A stretch of DNA of 53,499 nucleotides, the filler included, from Asterionella formosa (lineage: Eukaryota): NCBI GenBank assembly GCA_002256025.1. It is 4 parts of 4 records of this genome, joined end to end, with 100 filler letters (N's around TTAATTAATTAA, not from the genome) between each part and the next. Parts side by side here need not be neighbours in the genome. Positions count along the whole stretch, not along the records: positions 13,422 to 26,732 come from NKIB01006805.1; positions 26,833 to 40,120 come from NKIB01006819.1; 2 more parts are not named here. One strand, written 5' to 3'. Below are positions 26,102 through 38,869 of the stretch, piece by piece. Every line of letters begins with the position of its first letter. Position 1 is the first letter of the stretch. The position numbers and the translations under genes were made by a program. Below the pieces are notes generated by a model. That model did not search any database. It saw only the letters and a list, made by a program, of their open reading frames with translations, and was not told the origin of the DNA.

Positions 26102-26732
26102 ATGAACTCATCTCAACTCCAGAAGCTGCAAGAAATGCAACGCTTGCAACAGCAGATGCAAGCTCAGATTTCCCAGCGACAGCAACAAGCTGCAGGACAA
26201 CGGCAGCCTCAGCAGCAACTCCTCTCCAATGGTAGTCTATCCAATCTTCCGCAGATGCAGCAGATGCAAGGCCAAGGATTTGGTAATCAGCAGTGGATGG
26301 ATCCATCGCAACAGCAAGGTCTCGGAGGAGTCCACCAGCAACGCAACTCGCTTACCGGCATTTCCAACCCCATGGCGATGATGCAACAGCAACACGGAAA
26401 TCAGGCTATGGGAACAGCCGGTGGGAATGCGCAAAATCCATTCTTTTGGAACACTCTTCAGGGGAACAAAAGTTCCACTGGAGCTATGAGTGTAGGAATG
26501 GATCCTTCTGGCAACACCACGTCCGCGTTGGCTGCCATGGCTGGAATGGGCATGGGCAGCAGTTCTAACCACTTGGGTATGATGGATAGTAACTCGATGC
26601 AAGCTCTTCTGCAACAACAAGGAGGATCTATGTCTATGGGAAACAATCAGCATCAGATGCTAGGCATGGGACAAGGGCAACTAAACGGCAAGGACCTGTC
26701 AGGTATGGGTAACATGAACAGTGGAACAATGA
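26102..26732 (+). CDS. Gln/Met/Gly-rich low-complexity protein, N-terminal part (truncated by linker); possible transcriptional regulator
   Basis: 210 open codons MNSSQLQKLQEMQRLQQQMQ..., coding-like GC, runs into the gap. Confidence 0.8.
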
Positions 26733-26832
26733 NNNNNNNNNNNNNNNNNNNNNNNNNNNNNNNNNNNNNNNNNNNNTTAATTAATTAANNNNNNNNNNNN
26801 NNNNNNNNNNNNNNNNNNNNNNNNNNNNNNNN
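26733..26832. other. Artificial contig linker
   Basis: N44-TTAATTAATTAA-N44. Confidence 0.98.
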
Positions 26833-27206
26833 CGGATGTTCTTGCCATTGATTTTGCCTGACTTTGCCATGAGAATGAATATGGCACCATTCTTTAATAG
26901 GAATCTTCATTCGAAGCGATTCTATTCGCATGCGTGTCGACGATTCTGTGCTGTCGACTTGGCTTGATGTTCTACTGCCCTACCGGTACCTGTATTCGTA
27001 ATTACATATAAGGCAGGTAATAGCGTAACGCTCGTTTACATACACCATTCACCACAACACATAATAATATCTCCCGGTACGTCACTACATAGTGTACGTC
27101 CAGGAAGTCGTTTCACACATAAATACTGTAATCTAATACAAACGTCGTACCCAGGTACAATGGACACAGGACTTGCGGTATGGATGTATGGATGTATGGA
27201 CTAGGG

Positions 27207-27660
27207 TGTCGTTAAGGTATTTACCATTTTAGATAGATCTCCCGCTATATTGTTAGACAAAGAAGGCTATAGATAGAGATGTTTGTTTCTCTTTCGTTTC
27301 TAAATTCTTAATGTGAGTTACAAACTAGTTTAGGTCATTCGTCTCTCCTTGATTCTAACTTAGAACCAATCCCTGGAATACCAGTGTTGAGGCTTTCTTT
27401 GGCTCCTTTCCAAATATAGTCACGTAGTCATTTATCATGTCCTTGACAAAATCCTCCATTTCGGACGACTGTAGACAGCCTCCAAACTTGTCTTTGTTCC
27501 ATTCGTACCATACTCCTAGATGCTTGCATAGTACCGGCAGTTGGCCAAGCTCTTTCACGTTGAAGTATTGTTTCAGTGGTCCCCTACACTATTTTGCATA
27601 TAAGTGTCCGAAAATGCATAATGAGTTAGTCCGGGAACTCGGGACTACCCTTTTTGACTA
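27207..27660 (-). mobile_element. Ty1/Copia remnant: RT fragment, polypurine tract and 3' LTR
   Basis: KELGQL...KHLGVWYEW...MEDFVKDMINDY RT-like fragment; aaggagaga PPT (27342-27350, minus); LTR 27207-27341 similar to 32103-32234. Confidence 0.75.
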
Positions 27661-28559
27661 AATATCTAGCAAATCATTAATCGTTTCTATCAATGATAGA
27701 AATTCCTAACTAAATGGTAAACAACTCTTTTTGTTAACTAAAAAGAATATCAAAAAAAATGAACAATTTTTGTATTATCATTGGAATAGACAGTTTATTG
27801 AGGTTGGTTTCATGACATACTACCGGTACTTGCTGCAATATAATGTCATACCTAGATGATGTTAATATGTTTAGACAATGCTCAACGCATGCATGTTGTA
27901 CTTACGATATTATTTGAAGATGGTCTGTACAGCTATATGGACAATAGTATAGTAGCTAGAGTAGGTCTACCAGCGAGTTGCGGTCATTGATAACGTGACA
28001 CAGGACAGGCGTTTAATTACATAGAAAACGTCCTCAATTCACTCTTTAAAATCGTCTGTATCATGCATGGTGATCACCACTTACTGATGTACTAGGCTTT
28101 ATGCTAATTTCATTCTTCGAAACAGGGAAACGTCAAGAAAACACAACAATGACCGGGGCAATAGAGGGGCGGCCCGAAGCAAAAGTAAGCAATAGTAAGA
28201 AAAATTAAGCAAGTCTTGCTTATGTTGCTTTATTCTCTCCAAACTCAAAATCGTTCTCCTTTTCCGGCCGAAATGATGAAGAATTGGAAATTCGTAACTG
28301 CCAGCATCATCATACTAGCAACGACCCGATATAACTATTATAAACTAGCGGTATGTATTTACAGTACATACGCATGTTATGTATACATGTATACCATACA
28401 CTAGTATGCACTATATCGACTGTCCACTAATGAAGATAATAGTATACCGGTCCTGATGTTTTGTATACTGTATCGACCGTCGACTAGGAGACCTCATCAC
28501 CATCACGCTTCCATCATTGCCATTTCACAATGACTCCATTTTGCGGCGTCTATACAAGC

Positions 28560-30060
28560 AATCAAATCTAAGCTAATAAATAACTTGTTTCACATCTTTT
28601 GCTTTAATTAATCATTTTATTGTTTTATTCGTCTTTGTAGTCGTTGTACAGCTACTGCGAAAGTGTCAAAACTTCTGATAGCATCGTCGTTTTGCACTGT
28701 GGATCTATAAATTTCATTTAAAAAAGCGCTATCGGCTATTTCATTTTCGTTGTCAATTTTAGAGTTATTACAACTGTTCTTTTACGACTGTATTTTCTGT
28801 ATCGTGTTTAATATATATGCATCCAATAGCAAAGCGTCGTTCTCATTTTTCATGGAGATATTTTTTAATTTTGTCATGGTCAAGGCTGAGACGGGTATGA
28901 TATAGCAGTTATATTGGGTACCACTAAGTTGCTACGTGTGATGACACTAGCATGAAAATATTTCAAATCCTAATTTATATAGAAACGTTCATTATTGGTG
29001 GTTTTCATCTCTTTGGCCGGAAAAGGAGAACGATTTTGAGTTTGGAGACGAGAATAAAGCAATGTAAGTTTTAATTTGATTTGTTGTACTGCTGGTGTGG
29101 TAGGGGACAACAACGAGACAGCAACTCCATCTTGACCATGACAAAATTAAGGAACTGAATATCTCCACGAAAATTTTCAATAAATCATTCCTATTTTGTA
29201 TGTATATCCAGCCTAAGCAACATAGACGAGCTAGTAATCGTTCAGTAATAAAAAAATTTTGCACCAATATTGACAGCAAAGATTGAAATTGCTGCTAGAA
29301 TTTGTTTTCGTCGTTTTTTCAGTTTAGAGGATACGAACAAAACGAGATATCTTTCAGTCTGCGGTGACTAGCTTGATAACTTCTATTCGATAATTATTTC
29401 TATCTTCTGTACCAATAGATGAAAAAACTTGAGCTATTGACATCTCGGAGAGGGCGCAACATCTCAAAATGCAAGAAAATACCTCAATCTATAATTTTGC
29501 ACAGACTGTCGTCTACATAATAATTCTAGTGGTTAATGTTTCTATAGAATCTTGAGCACGTCATTTTGAAGTTAAATATACTAGATACAAAGGCAGACAT
29601 ACATGTTTAACCTGCTTGCCGTTTACGCGACTAGAACAATTGGGACAACCTGCATATATGCATTTTTATTACTGGTATCAGTTTTATTTTGTTGTACATA
29701 TGCCCACCAGTATAGATATTACCAGCACCGGTATTTAATTTCCTACATAGCTAGTACATACTGGTAGCGGGTATGGTATACGGTTATGTACACCGGCATC
29801 TGGTTTTGTACTGCTGTATTAGGGGGACAATGAGACAACAGCAACTCCGTCTTGACCATGACGAAATTATTGGAATGAATATCTCCACGAAAATTTTCAA
29901 AAAAACCATTCCTATTTGGCACATATATCTAGCCTAACATTGATAAGGTAATCGTTCAATAATAAAATTTTTTGCACCAATATTGACAACAAAAATTTAG
30001 AATTGACTAGCTTGATATCTTCTATTAGATAATTAATTATATCTTCAGTCTACAAATAGA
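28560..30060. repeat. Cluster of an abundant non-coding dispersed repeat in both orientations
   Basis: Motifs attttcgttgtca, gtggagata and gtcatggtcaagg: + copy ~28700-28890, - copies ~29080-29340 and ~29790-30010. Further copies near 15140-15360, 34720-35080, 46700-46903 and 49200-49460. Confidence 0.8.
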
Positions 30061-30613
30061 AAGTATCATATCTATAAGATCACAGGTATTGTACGCTAAC
30101 TGACACAGAATGTTTTGCCACATGATACTTATTTCGTTGTATGTATGATAAAAGCATACTATAAGTATGATCATGTTAAGCATACTTATTAAAAACGGCA
30201 CGCCATATAATTATCAAACATTATCTTATGATGTACATTCTTTCATAATATATCTATCTTAAAATGATGGTAATTCTAATCGAGATCACTGTTGGAAATA
30301 GGTTGAAATGGATTGTGGCTGATTTTACTGCTATATGTAGAAAGGATTTTTATATTTCTATATTCTGTGAGGTTAAACAGTCCATTTTCCCCTTTTCTAT
30401 TGTCTCAATGCTCTTGATGCATACCTCCCCTGCCTCCCTTCACTGCTCTTGATGCATGCATCCCGCCTCCCTTTCACTCTAATTCTGAAACTTGTCGGAC
30501 TAGTACTTTTTGCAACTCCTCTTTCCTTTTGATCCGATTCTGAATTGACATGCGCTATTCCGTTGTTTTATCCATTTTTATTTCCTAATCATACTAAAAA
30601 TGAGAAGGACGAA

Positions 30614-30676
30614 GGGGGAAGGCTTACTTGGTTAGCACGCCTTCATAGGTGGCGGGTTCGATTCCTGAATTCTCTA
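30614..30676 (+). pseudogene. Degenerate tRNA-like sequence (tRNA pseudogene or SINE head)
   Basis: Perfect B-box GGTTCGATTCC at 30655-30665 and A-box-like GGCTTACTTGG; shortened anticodon arm gcc-ttcata-ggt; too short for a functional tRNA. Confidence 0.55.
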
Positions 30677-31000
30677 CCTGTCTTTCTTTTTCATGTAGTC
30701 CTTCGGGTTCCGGGGGTGCGGCTAATGAATTAAAAAAGACAGGTTCCCGTTGTACCAAATGGATGATTAAAACCGGTTCTGATCCCCGCGCACGTTTGTT
30801 GTTGGGATGATCCTGGGTTGGTAAGTAAGTACATACATACATGAACATCAGGGCTAGCAGCGCCATGAAGCGCTAGCTAGGCGGTCTACCCTTCTAGCAA
30901 ATGAGTAGCCTTAAAGCGCTTAATACGAGCAAAGTAAACTTTTTTTAAAGGATAAGGAATTACTCATTAGCCATGTTTTGCAGTCCAATTTTATCATGCT

Positions 31001-31300
31001 TCACTTACCAGAAATCGATGAACTTTTTGCATAGTCTATAAAATAATGTTTCAGTCGAATATCGCATAAGTACACATCAATAAATCGTTCCGTCAATGTC
31101 ATTGATAACTTACAACAACACAGTTTGATTAAAAGTATCCTGAAAGAGGAATAACACGTATTTGTCAGTGATGTTCTAACAGTTCTGCATTGATCCAACA
31201 ACAGCACTAACCGATTTTGTTTTGTTGACATTGGTGGTTTCCCATCAAATGCAAAATGAGTTGTTGAATCACTAGGGAAGGAAGCAATCATTTAGTCTTT
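31001..31300 (-). mobile_element. Decayed pogo/DDE_1-like transposase remnant
   Basis: RLVLLLDQCR motif; nucleotide similarity to ~9463-9486. Confidence 0.35.
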
Positions 31301-31669
31301 GTGAACCCAACAATCGATCATCCTGGTATACGCCCTTGACATACCATAGCTAGATTCCATTCACTTTTCGATTTTCAATGCCTCTAGCTCAGCCGCATGG
31401 TTTATCATTGTGTTGTTGTGGCGTCACTTCAGTTTTCCTTGTCATGTGGCTGATTTGATCTTTCATTTCAGGGTCGTGTGTTACCGCTATACATGACAAG
31501 GAACCTTTAAACATGATTTCAAATGTATTAGCCATGTATACATTTATAAAAAATTGTAAATGTATAAATAAATATGCATGTAGCCAAATTCATCACCCAA
31601 ATAATTAATTTGGGTGATCACATTTGACGAGCGGATTTTTGTGGTGGCTGTACCAGTAATTGGCGTTGT

Positions 31670-32234
31670 GTATGCACTTGTTGAACTCGCTTGAGAATTG
31701 GACCAGATCCGACACAGAATGGGGGGCATACCTTGCTTCAAGGGTTTTCCACGCCATGTCTGCATAGCTATCAATCAACTTCTTCGTTTTCGCTTGATTG
31801 ACTATTCCGAAGGCGATTCTGGTGCAGTTCATGATGAGCAACTGGTAAGCCTTGTCATTGGCCTCGTAGATTGCCCTGACTCCTCCCTTGTCCGTCTCGG
31901 CTTTGTACTCGTCATCAGAGTACGGGTTGTAGTTTAGTTCTTCGAGTACATCATTTGCAATCCCCTGGACTTGGCAAGGCAGAGCGACTGTCTTCACACT
32001 CCACTGATACCAGTTCGTTTCGTTCCCATCAAACTTGATGAGCCTCATGCTTTCTTCAGACATCAATGTAGACGTTGTTAAACTTAAGTCCGTTTATAAA
32101 TGTGTTACTAAAGTATTTAACTTTTTAGATAAATCTATATCGTTAGACAAAGAAGGCTATATTTAGAGACGTTCGTTTCTCGTTCGTTTCTATATATTCT
32201 TATTGTGAGTAACTAAACTAGTTTAGGTTGCTCA
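31670..32234 (-). mobile_element. Ty1/Copia remnant: 5' LTR and gag N-terminus
   Basis: LTR 32103-32234 (TG...CA on minus); FDGNETNWYQWSVK...ANDKAYQLLIMNC...AWKTLEARYAP is Copia gag-like. Confidence 0.8.
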
Positions 32235-32782
32235 TTTTGAATAAACATAACAAACTATTGCTTCGCCAAATGCTGTTGGCATTTCTAGGAACATACATTC
32301 ATATATAAACCCATGTCTATACTGATCATAGGTTTAAAACCATTGATCATGGAATTCAAACTATCAATCTTCTGAATAGTAGCTTACATTGTCCGGCTCA
32401 TTATACTTGGAGTAATAATGTGTGGTTGATGAGAGCTTGGTACATCAAAAGTCGACTCATTCGACTGTGAGTCATAACTTCGACTCAATCGATTGTTAGT
32501 CACAACTACGTAGATGAGCTCACTTTGAGACACGTATGGCTGGGTGCATCCTGAAACTACATTAGGTATTAGCCACCGTAGCTACCAGTAAAGCATAATG
32601 TTAGCTTAAGTAAAATTTTGTACACATAAATAACTAAACAATTTTACCATCCGATCTGGTTGTTGTCGTGGTTGAGTTCATTCATGATGAACTTGACATC
32701 GAAATCCATTGAACAGCGATGGTTGTGAAATCGTTGTATTAGCTTCATTGTAGCTGCTATAGGAACACATTTGAGGCATTCC

Positions 32783-33221
32783 NNNNNNNNNNNNNNNNNN
32801 NNNNNNNNNNNNNNNNNNNNNNNNNNNNNNNNNNNNNNNNNNNNNNNNNNNNNNNNNNNNNNNNNNNNNNNNNNNNNNNNNNNNNNNNNNNNNNNNNNNN
32901 NNNNNNNNNNNNNNNNNNNNNNNNNNNNNNNNNNNNNNNNNNNNNNNNNNNNNNNNNNNNNNNNNNNNNNNNNNNNNNNNNNNNNNNNNNNNNNNNNNNN
33001 NNNNNNNNNNNNNNNNNNNNNNNNNNNNNNNNNNNNNNNNNNNNNNNNNNNNNNNNNNNNNNNNNNNNNNNNNNNNNNNNNNNNNNNNNNNNNNNNNNNN
33101 NNNNNNNNNNNNNNNNNNNNNNNNNNNNNNNNNNNNNNNNNNNNNNNNNNNNNNNNNNNNNNNNNNNNNNNNNNNNNNNNNNNNNNNNNNNNNNNNNNNN
33201 NNNNNNNNNNNNNNNNNNNNN
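32783..33221. other. Intra-scaffold assembly gap (439 N)
   Basis: N run without linker motif. Confidence 0.98.
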
Positions 33222-33239
33222 TCAGGAGGGTTTTTGCTA

Positions 33240-33470
33240 ATACTAGGCCTACGGGGTCTACCTCGTGGCCCCAGACAGAAATTGCACCCAGTCATGTGGA
33301 GTAATATCTTTGTTCTGCAAGTTGCAAAAATTGCTAATTTAAGCAATCGCACTTTCAGCAAAACGGTCCTACATTAAGCAAAACCAACGGAAGCAAATGG
33401 CAGAAGAAGCCAAAAAGATTGATCTCAATATTATAGGCTAAATCAGATTATAGCTTAAACAATACTGGAA
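33240..33470 (+). repeat. Dispersed repeat (paralogs ~48770-49110 minus, ~7475)
   Basis: ctaggcctac...ctacctcg and taggctaaatcagatta motifs shared. Confidence 0.55.
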
Positions 33471-35461
33471 CAACAAGCCGGCCGAGTTGCTTTATTAAAT
33501 GGATGTCAAGAAGAGGTACATGTATCAATTTGGAATTGGTATTGCCGATACGAAGTCGTACATGGAACTAGATATAGCAAAATCACCATAACATGCTGGG
33601 ATTGTTGCAACATGCTCAATGACTATAATGTATCTGGCTCCATCCATTTACTTTTGCAAGCCCCGCTGTAAAGGCAATGTGCATTTTCTACATGAGATGA
33701 TTGTGAGATGATGCAAGCAACAGGTGCATTGGTTAGATCAGTATATTTAGGAGAGTAAAATGCTAAATTGCAATACATGTGGATTGGTTAGGGCTATTGA
33801 TTTTTATTGGCCAGCATACTGACCTGTATTGGAATGTATAATATCAGCTTACTTTTTCTTTTTTTTTCAGGATTAAACCTGATATCGAACAATAATAAAT
33901 CATAATCCCCAATGTCTTATACATGGACATACATGGGCAACATTCATGAGCTAAATGAGCAAATAGAAGGTTTCACGATGGACCTATGAAATCACCTTTC
34001 CAAGACTTACTCAAAACAGCAAGCGAATATAGTTTAATGACAATTAGCTAGCTCACTCTTTCTGTATTCCTTAAACATTCTTGGATCATCCAAGTATCGT
34101 AGGATTCTCATCAGCCTCTCTTTTGAAGTTGTAAAGCAAGCAACAGTCGATGCATAGAATTTTTCTATTGTTAAATCCTTCATCCTCTGCCTATTGGTTA
34201 GCGAAGGGTCAATTGATGATGGGGGGGGGTCGATTTTATGAAAAACGCGCCAAATAAATCGAGATCAGGTGCACCAATTTCTAGAATACTTAGAACATAT
34301 ATTATATATACCATTCGATTTGGGATATTTTTTAATATAAGGGACCACTGTTAGCCGGAAATTTATCAGAGCTTTCACTTCATGAAAGCAAATCCAATAA
34401 AGTTTGTTTGCAATTCTACCGGAATAGAGGGAGTACCTGTTACTCCTCTACAAGCACACTGTACCATTGTGTCGTAATTGGTAAAATTTAACCAGAGTGG
34501 TATTTTCCAGTAGTCCTCTGGTATTTGTCTACTGAGGACATTTTAATGCTGGCATGATGTTGAACTGAAAATACATGTGAAAGGACCATGTTACAACATT
34601 GCTTACCTAAAATAGCAAATATCTGCATAAAAATTCAGAACAAACGCTTTCCTAGTTGATTCATATATCAAGCAAGGTAAAGAAAATGCAATTGTAAATG
34701 AATTATATTAATTTTTCTAATGTTGACAATGAAAATTGAAGTTGCCAATGAAACATTTTTTCATGTAATTTATAGATGTGCAATTCCACGCAATGATGTT
34801 GTGCTCAGATTTGACACTTTCACAGAAGCTGCACAACAAATACGACGACTAGAACAATAACACGATAAATTGAAGGAAAAGATGTTAAAAAGTTTTTTAT
34901 CAACTGAGAAGTCAAACAGGATAAATTAAAAAGCAAGTTGTAGCATGGTTTGTAGTGTCATAGTGTAAGCAGTTTTCTTTGCAATGAATGTGACTCAATT
35001 TTCATGGCGATATCATTATTTTCATCATGGTCAAGGTTCCTGAGATTACATGATGCAGGATGCTCCAGTCGCTCACAACCAATATGTACTGGTACACTCT
35101 GGTGTTTTATATAAACAACAGAATTGCACTATTTCAGTAATTGTGCCATTTGATCATTGTAGCCAATAAGCGGAGAATGTCATAAACAATTTTCCAAATA
35201 TTGTTTAGCTGGAGGGGGTTCCCCATTTCGTCCCAAAGAAAGTGAAACTTTGTTGAAATGGGTTGATGATGCATAGTAAGGATAGTCGGATGGAATGTTG
35301 TCTATATGTTTTCAAGAAGTGAGACAGCTATCAAGTTGGGTAGCTAATCTACACATTAAATGAATGAATCTAAGATAGGATCGACAAACATTTCAAGTCG
35401 CAAATCAATGCGTGCAATAAATTATTAGCCAGTTACCATAGTTCCTGCGAATATGGAGTGC

Positions 35462-36586
35462 CTAGTGAATTTTCTTTACCTTGGCAAGCACTGCATCAGC
35501 GTCAAGATCCTCGAGAGTGTCAAAGACCGACATGGTCTTGCCTGTGGCAGTGTCACCATCAACAGAAACTTGAGCATCTTCGGCCCACTTCTTAATGGTC
35601 TCAGGGGTGACCTTGACGGCCAGCAGTCCCTTGCCGAAGTTGTCCGAAGCAAGATCAGCGCCAAGCCAGTTCATGCGCTCAGCCAACGCTTCAAAAGGAG
35701 AAGCAGAAGCATGCACACCATTGTCTCCGGTGTTCGGCTTGGACTTCAACCCGAGAGTTTTGTATTGGTCAAGGATAGCACGGCGGACGGATCCAACAGG
35801 AGCAACAGCTGGATTTGTAGCTCCCAGAACCTTGCCACGGAAATCTTGCCAGGTGAGGGAGTCGGCAGGCCACGAGACCGTGTACCACTGGATCTTGTCA
35901 CCTGGGGTAGTATACGCGGCTCTCATGTCCATGTAGAAACCGTTCATAATGTAGATTCCATCAACTTTCCCGCAGTAGAAGCCACCCCCGAATTTGATGA
36001 GATCCTTACCAGAGACCAGCTTGCTCCATTTTTCATTGAGTCCTGCTCCGTCGACACCAAGTTTCTTTGCGCCATCCATAGCATTGTATACCTTGCCCGA
36101 TGCAATAGCAACTTCCCACTTCTCGCCAAACATCTTCTCAAAGTCTTGCTTTCCCTTATCAGGTACATTGAGATCCTTCGGTTGAAGCTTGACCGCCTTT
36201 GAGGCAATGGCACCATAATGAGTATCAATATGCATGTTTTTATCGATCGTTTCAGCAAGCATTTCGCCCTTCCCAGTGATACGAATGCCAGCGTCCGCAA
36301 AAGCTTCTTCAACAAGGGCCTCGACCTTTCCGGGGATTCCCTTGCAAGCGTGAGGTTTAATAAAGACAAAGGCGCTGTTTGTTTTTCCAGAAAGCTGAGC
36401 CTGGAGGTCGTCAACCTTGGCACTCAAGGCAGCGCTCTTTTGATCGGCATCATAGTAGACATATCCGGCTCCAGCAAGTGCTGCAACCGCAAGAATAGTG
36501 CCGGCTCCTCCTCCGCCACTGGAAGCTTCTGACGAAAACTGGCGGGCAAAGCGATTGGAAGAAAGACGAAAGCTGCGGGAGAACAT
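35462..36586 (-). CDS. Atypical nucleoside diphosphate kinase-like protein with mitochondrial presequence and membrane anchor
   Basis: AFVFIKPHA, HY, FRGKVLGATNP..AP.GSVR and NGVHASAS (catalytic His) NDK motifs. MFSRSFRLSSNRFARQFSS presequence followed by TILAVAALAGAGYVYY. Confidence 0.9.
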   Translation of the reverse strand: MFSRSFRLSSNRFARQFSSEASSGGGGAGTILAVAALAGAGYVYYDADQKSAALSAKVDDLQAQLSGKTNSAFVFIKPHACKGIPGKVEALVEEAFADAGIRITGKGEMLAETIDKNMHIDTHYGAIASKAVKLQPKDLNVPDKGKQDFEKMFGEKWEVAIASGKVYNAMDGAKKLGVDGAGLNEKWSKLVSGKDLIKFGGGFYCGKVDGIYIMNGFYMDMRAAYTTPGDKIQWYTVSWPADSLTWQDFRGKVLGATNPAVAPVGSVRRAILDQYKTLGLKSKPNTGDNGVHASASPFEALAERMNWLGADLASDNFGKGLLAVKVTPETIKKWAEDAQVSVDGDTATGKTMSVFDTLEDLDADAVLAKVKKIH

Positions 36587-37377
36587 AATGTCTGTGGTGT
36601 AATATAGGCAAGGGGGGAGGAAATGGATCAAGTCAATAGCACTGCCGGTACCAGAAATAGCAAGTAAGCAATAGAAAAAGAAGATTGCCTTTACACTGTT
36701 GGCGATGAATCTTGGAAAACTACATACCGGTACCCCACTGCCGGTGCGTGATGGTGTATACAGTTACCACATACCGGTACATACTGTGCATAACAACTGT
36801 GGGTATATTCCCTCAGTGTACAGTAAACCGTAAACTTCATTGTCCTGCCCGCCCCCCCCCCCCAAGGTTGTGCTGGCCCCGTACATCTTTTTCGAGGTGG
36901 CACCAAACAAACAATTATTTTCTAGACATGGACAAAGTAACATGCTATCTTATATTTTTGTGGCGGAAATTAAGTGACGCTACCTGGTAGTACCCCAATT
37001 ATAAAGTGACGCTACCAATATAAAATACCGGTACAACCAGGACACACATTATACCTGTTACCAGTTATAATGTCAACAAGTAATACGTGGCTTAGATGAA
37101 CAAGATCAGCAGTGATCAATGGTTGCTGCAATGGGAAGCTACTTGGACTGAATGCATCCAATAATGGGTGCTCATGTGAGCAACATGAATGCTGTGGGAA
37201 GGTAGTCAAGTAGAATGATGTCATCAGGTTCAAGCTGGCTGTTGTAGAGTTTATATTGGGAAAGCCATTGGAGAGGATCAATGCTGTCCTCATCAAGGAT
37301 GGCACAGAACTTTGTACTGTTGGCTTTCTGGGAGGGAAGTTACTGCATTGCCTTCGCAAAGGCTATGCTACATCTAA

Positions 37378-38810
37378 GCCGCGTATTACGTGAAGTGACC
37401 ATCATGTAAATAAGCCTAGTTGATTTTGAATGGATCACATGAATTAGTTGAATACATCAAAATGCTTACTTGAATATATCTACTATATATTATCTGAATA
37501 CATCACGTTAATTATTTGATCAGAGTATCATGCATGCATTCCTGATCATCACTATATTACGTGATCACCTTCACATAATTATTTGAAATACTTCACTTAA
37601 TTCTGTAATTTAGTTCACATTGCCTTATAATTTTGTTCACGTAATTCTATAATATAGTTCAAGTAATGTATTAAATTTGTTTACGTAATTTAAAAGTACA
37701 ATCAAATATGTTGATTTCTAATTCAACTGCCGGTATTTCACATTACATGGGAAACAAATCTCAATATGCAATCAAACAAAGCAGTTCTTTCAGAATGGCA
37801 TCTTCAGTCTTGAGAAGGCAGGCATCATGAGATGTCTGTAAGGACAATGCAAGACAAACAGAAACCGTTCATTCTGAATGAAAAAATTATTCATTCTTGA
37901 AAAGGCATCATGGTGCGAAATCGCAACAGGAATGTATCACACTGGCTTCCTCCTTGTCCTTGAAATGACTTCTTCATTGACCTGCAAAGATTTACAAAAG
38001 AACAGTGTGTCAGTAATTCATTTAATTGAACTAGCAACAGCAGAAAGCAACACACACATGTGCTATTCAACTGTTTCACGGAGCAGTCAAATTGACAGCA
38101 GAACACCAGCATTAGCCAGCCACCAGGCAGCACCGCAACTCACTGATGCATTAAAAAAGATGCTCCTGTTGTGAAATGGACGACTAAAATGTAAAATAAA
38201 TGTAGAGAACAATAACAGAACCATGTGATTTCTCCCTCGCTTTGCTGATACAATTATGAAAACTGAAGATTAAGCTCACCTTGAAGGCCTCCATTGCGGG
38301 TCTCCATATTGCTGCGTCATTTCATCTGCTATCACTCATACTTTCCAAAAAACACTGCTTTTCTGAAAAGGCCTGTTCAAATGTCAAATGAATGTTGAAA
38401 ACAAGAGCATGACATATCATGAGTTATCCCTCACTTGGTGATATAATAGCAAAAATAGCAAGCAAATAAATCTTACCTTAAAAGCATCAATTGCTTTCGA
38501 TCTCAATGTTGTGTCATTCCACCCTCTATTGTTTCGACAAACAATATGTGAGTTCTTGGCTGATGTAGGATTTGTTAATGGTGAGGCGCTGAAAAGCTAG
38601 AAGGGGATGCTGCTTTTAAGGGTCGTCCCCATGTTGAAAACATATATTGTGCACAGTGGTGGTTAAATGTTGTCTTGAAGAATTCAGAGGGTCAAAAATC
38701 CTGGCGCAGACATGACTTCATCTTTGTACCAACAGAATCTACAATCTACATGAAAAAACCTGGCGCAGTCTTACTTCGTCGGGAAAAATTTTGATGCTAC
38801 AAGTGTGACC
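37378..38810 (+). repeat. ~1.4-kb dispersed repeat (paralog ~44084-45430)
   Basis: Near-identical ctagttgattttgaatggatcacatgaattagttgaatacatcaaaatgc; colinear matches to tctttgtacca...tacaatctac...cctggc(g/a)cagtctt. Confidence 0.85.
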
Positions 38811-38869
38811 TTAAACAAATATCGGTATGACAAGAAGGAGAGGACACAGCCAGTGGTTACTCTTAATGT

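Noticed and set aside
30780..30900. Hammerhead ribozyme (ctgatg on minus strand)
   Set aside because: Core CUGAUGA and a properly placed GAAA with flanking stems are not present
32678..33361. ORFs spanning the N gap
   Set aside because: Artefacts of translating through Ns
35453..36202. 249-aa plus-strand ORF
   Set aside because: Antisense shadow of the NDPK-like gene; no motifs
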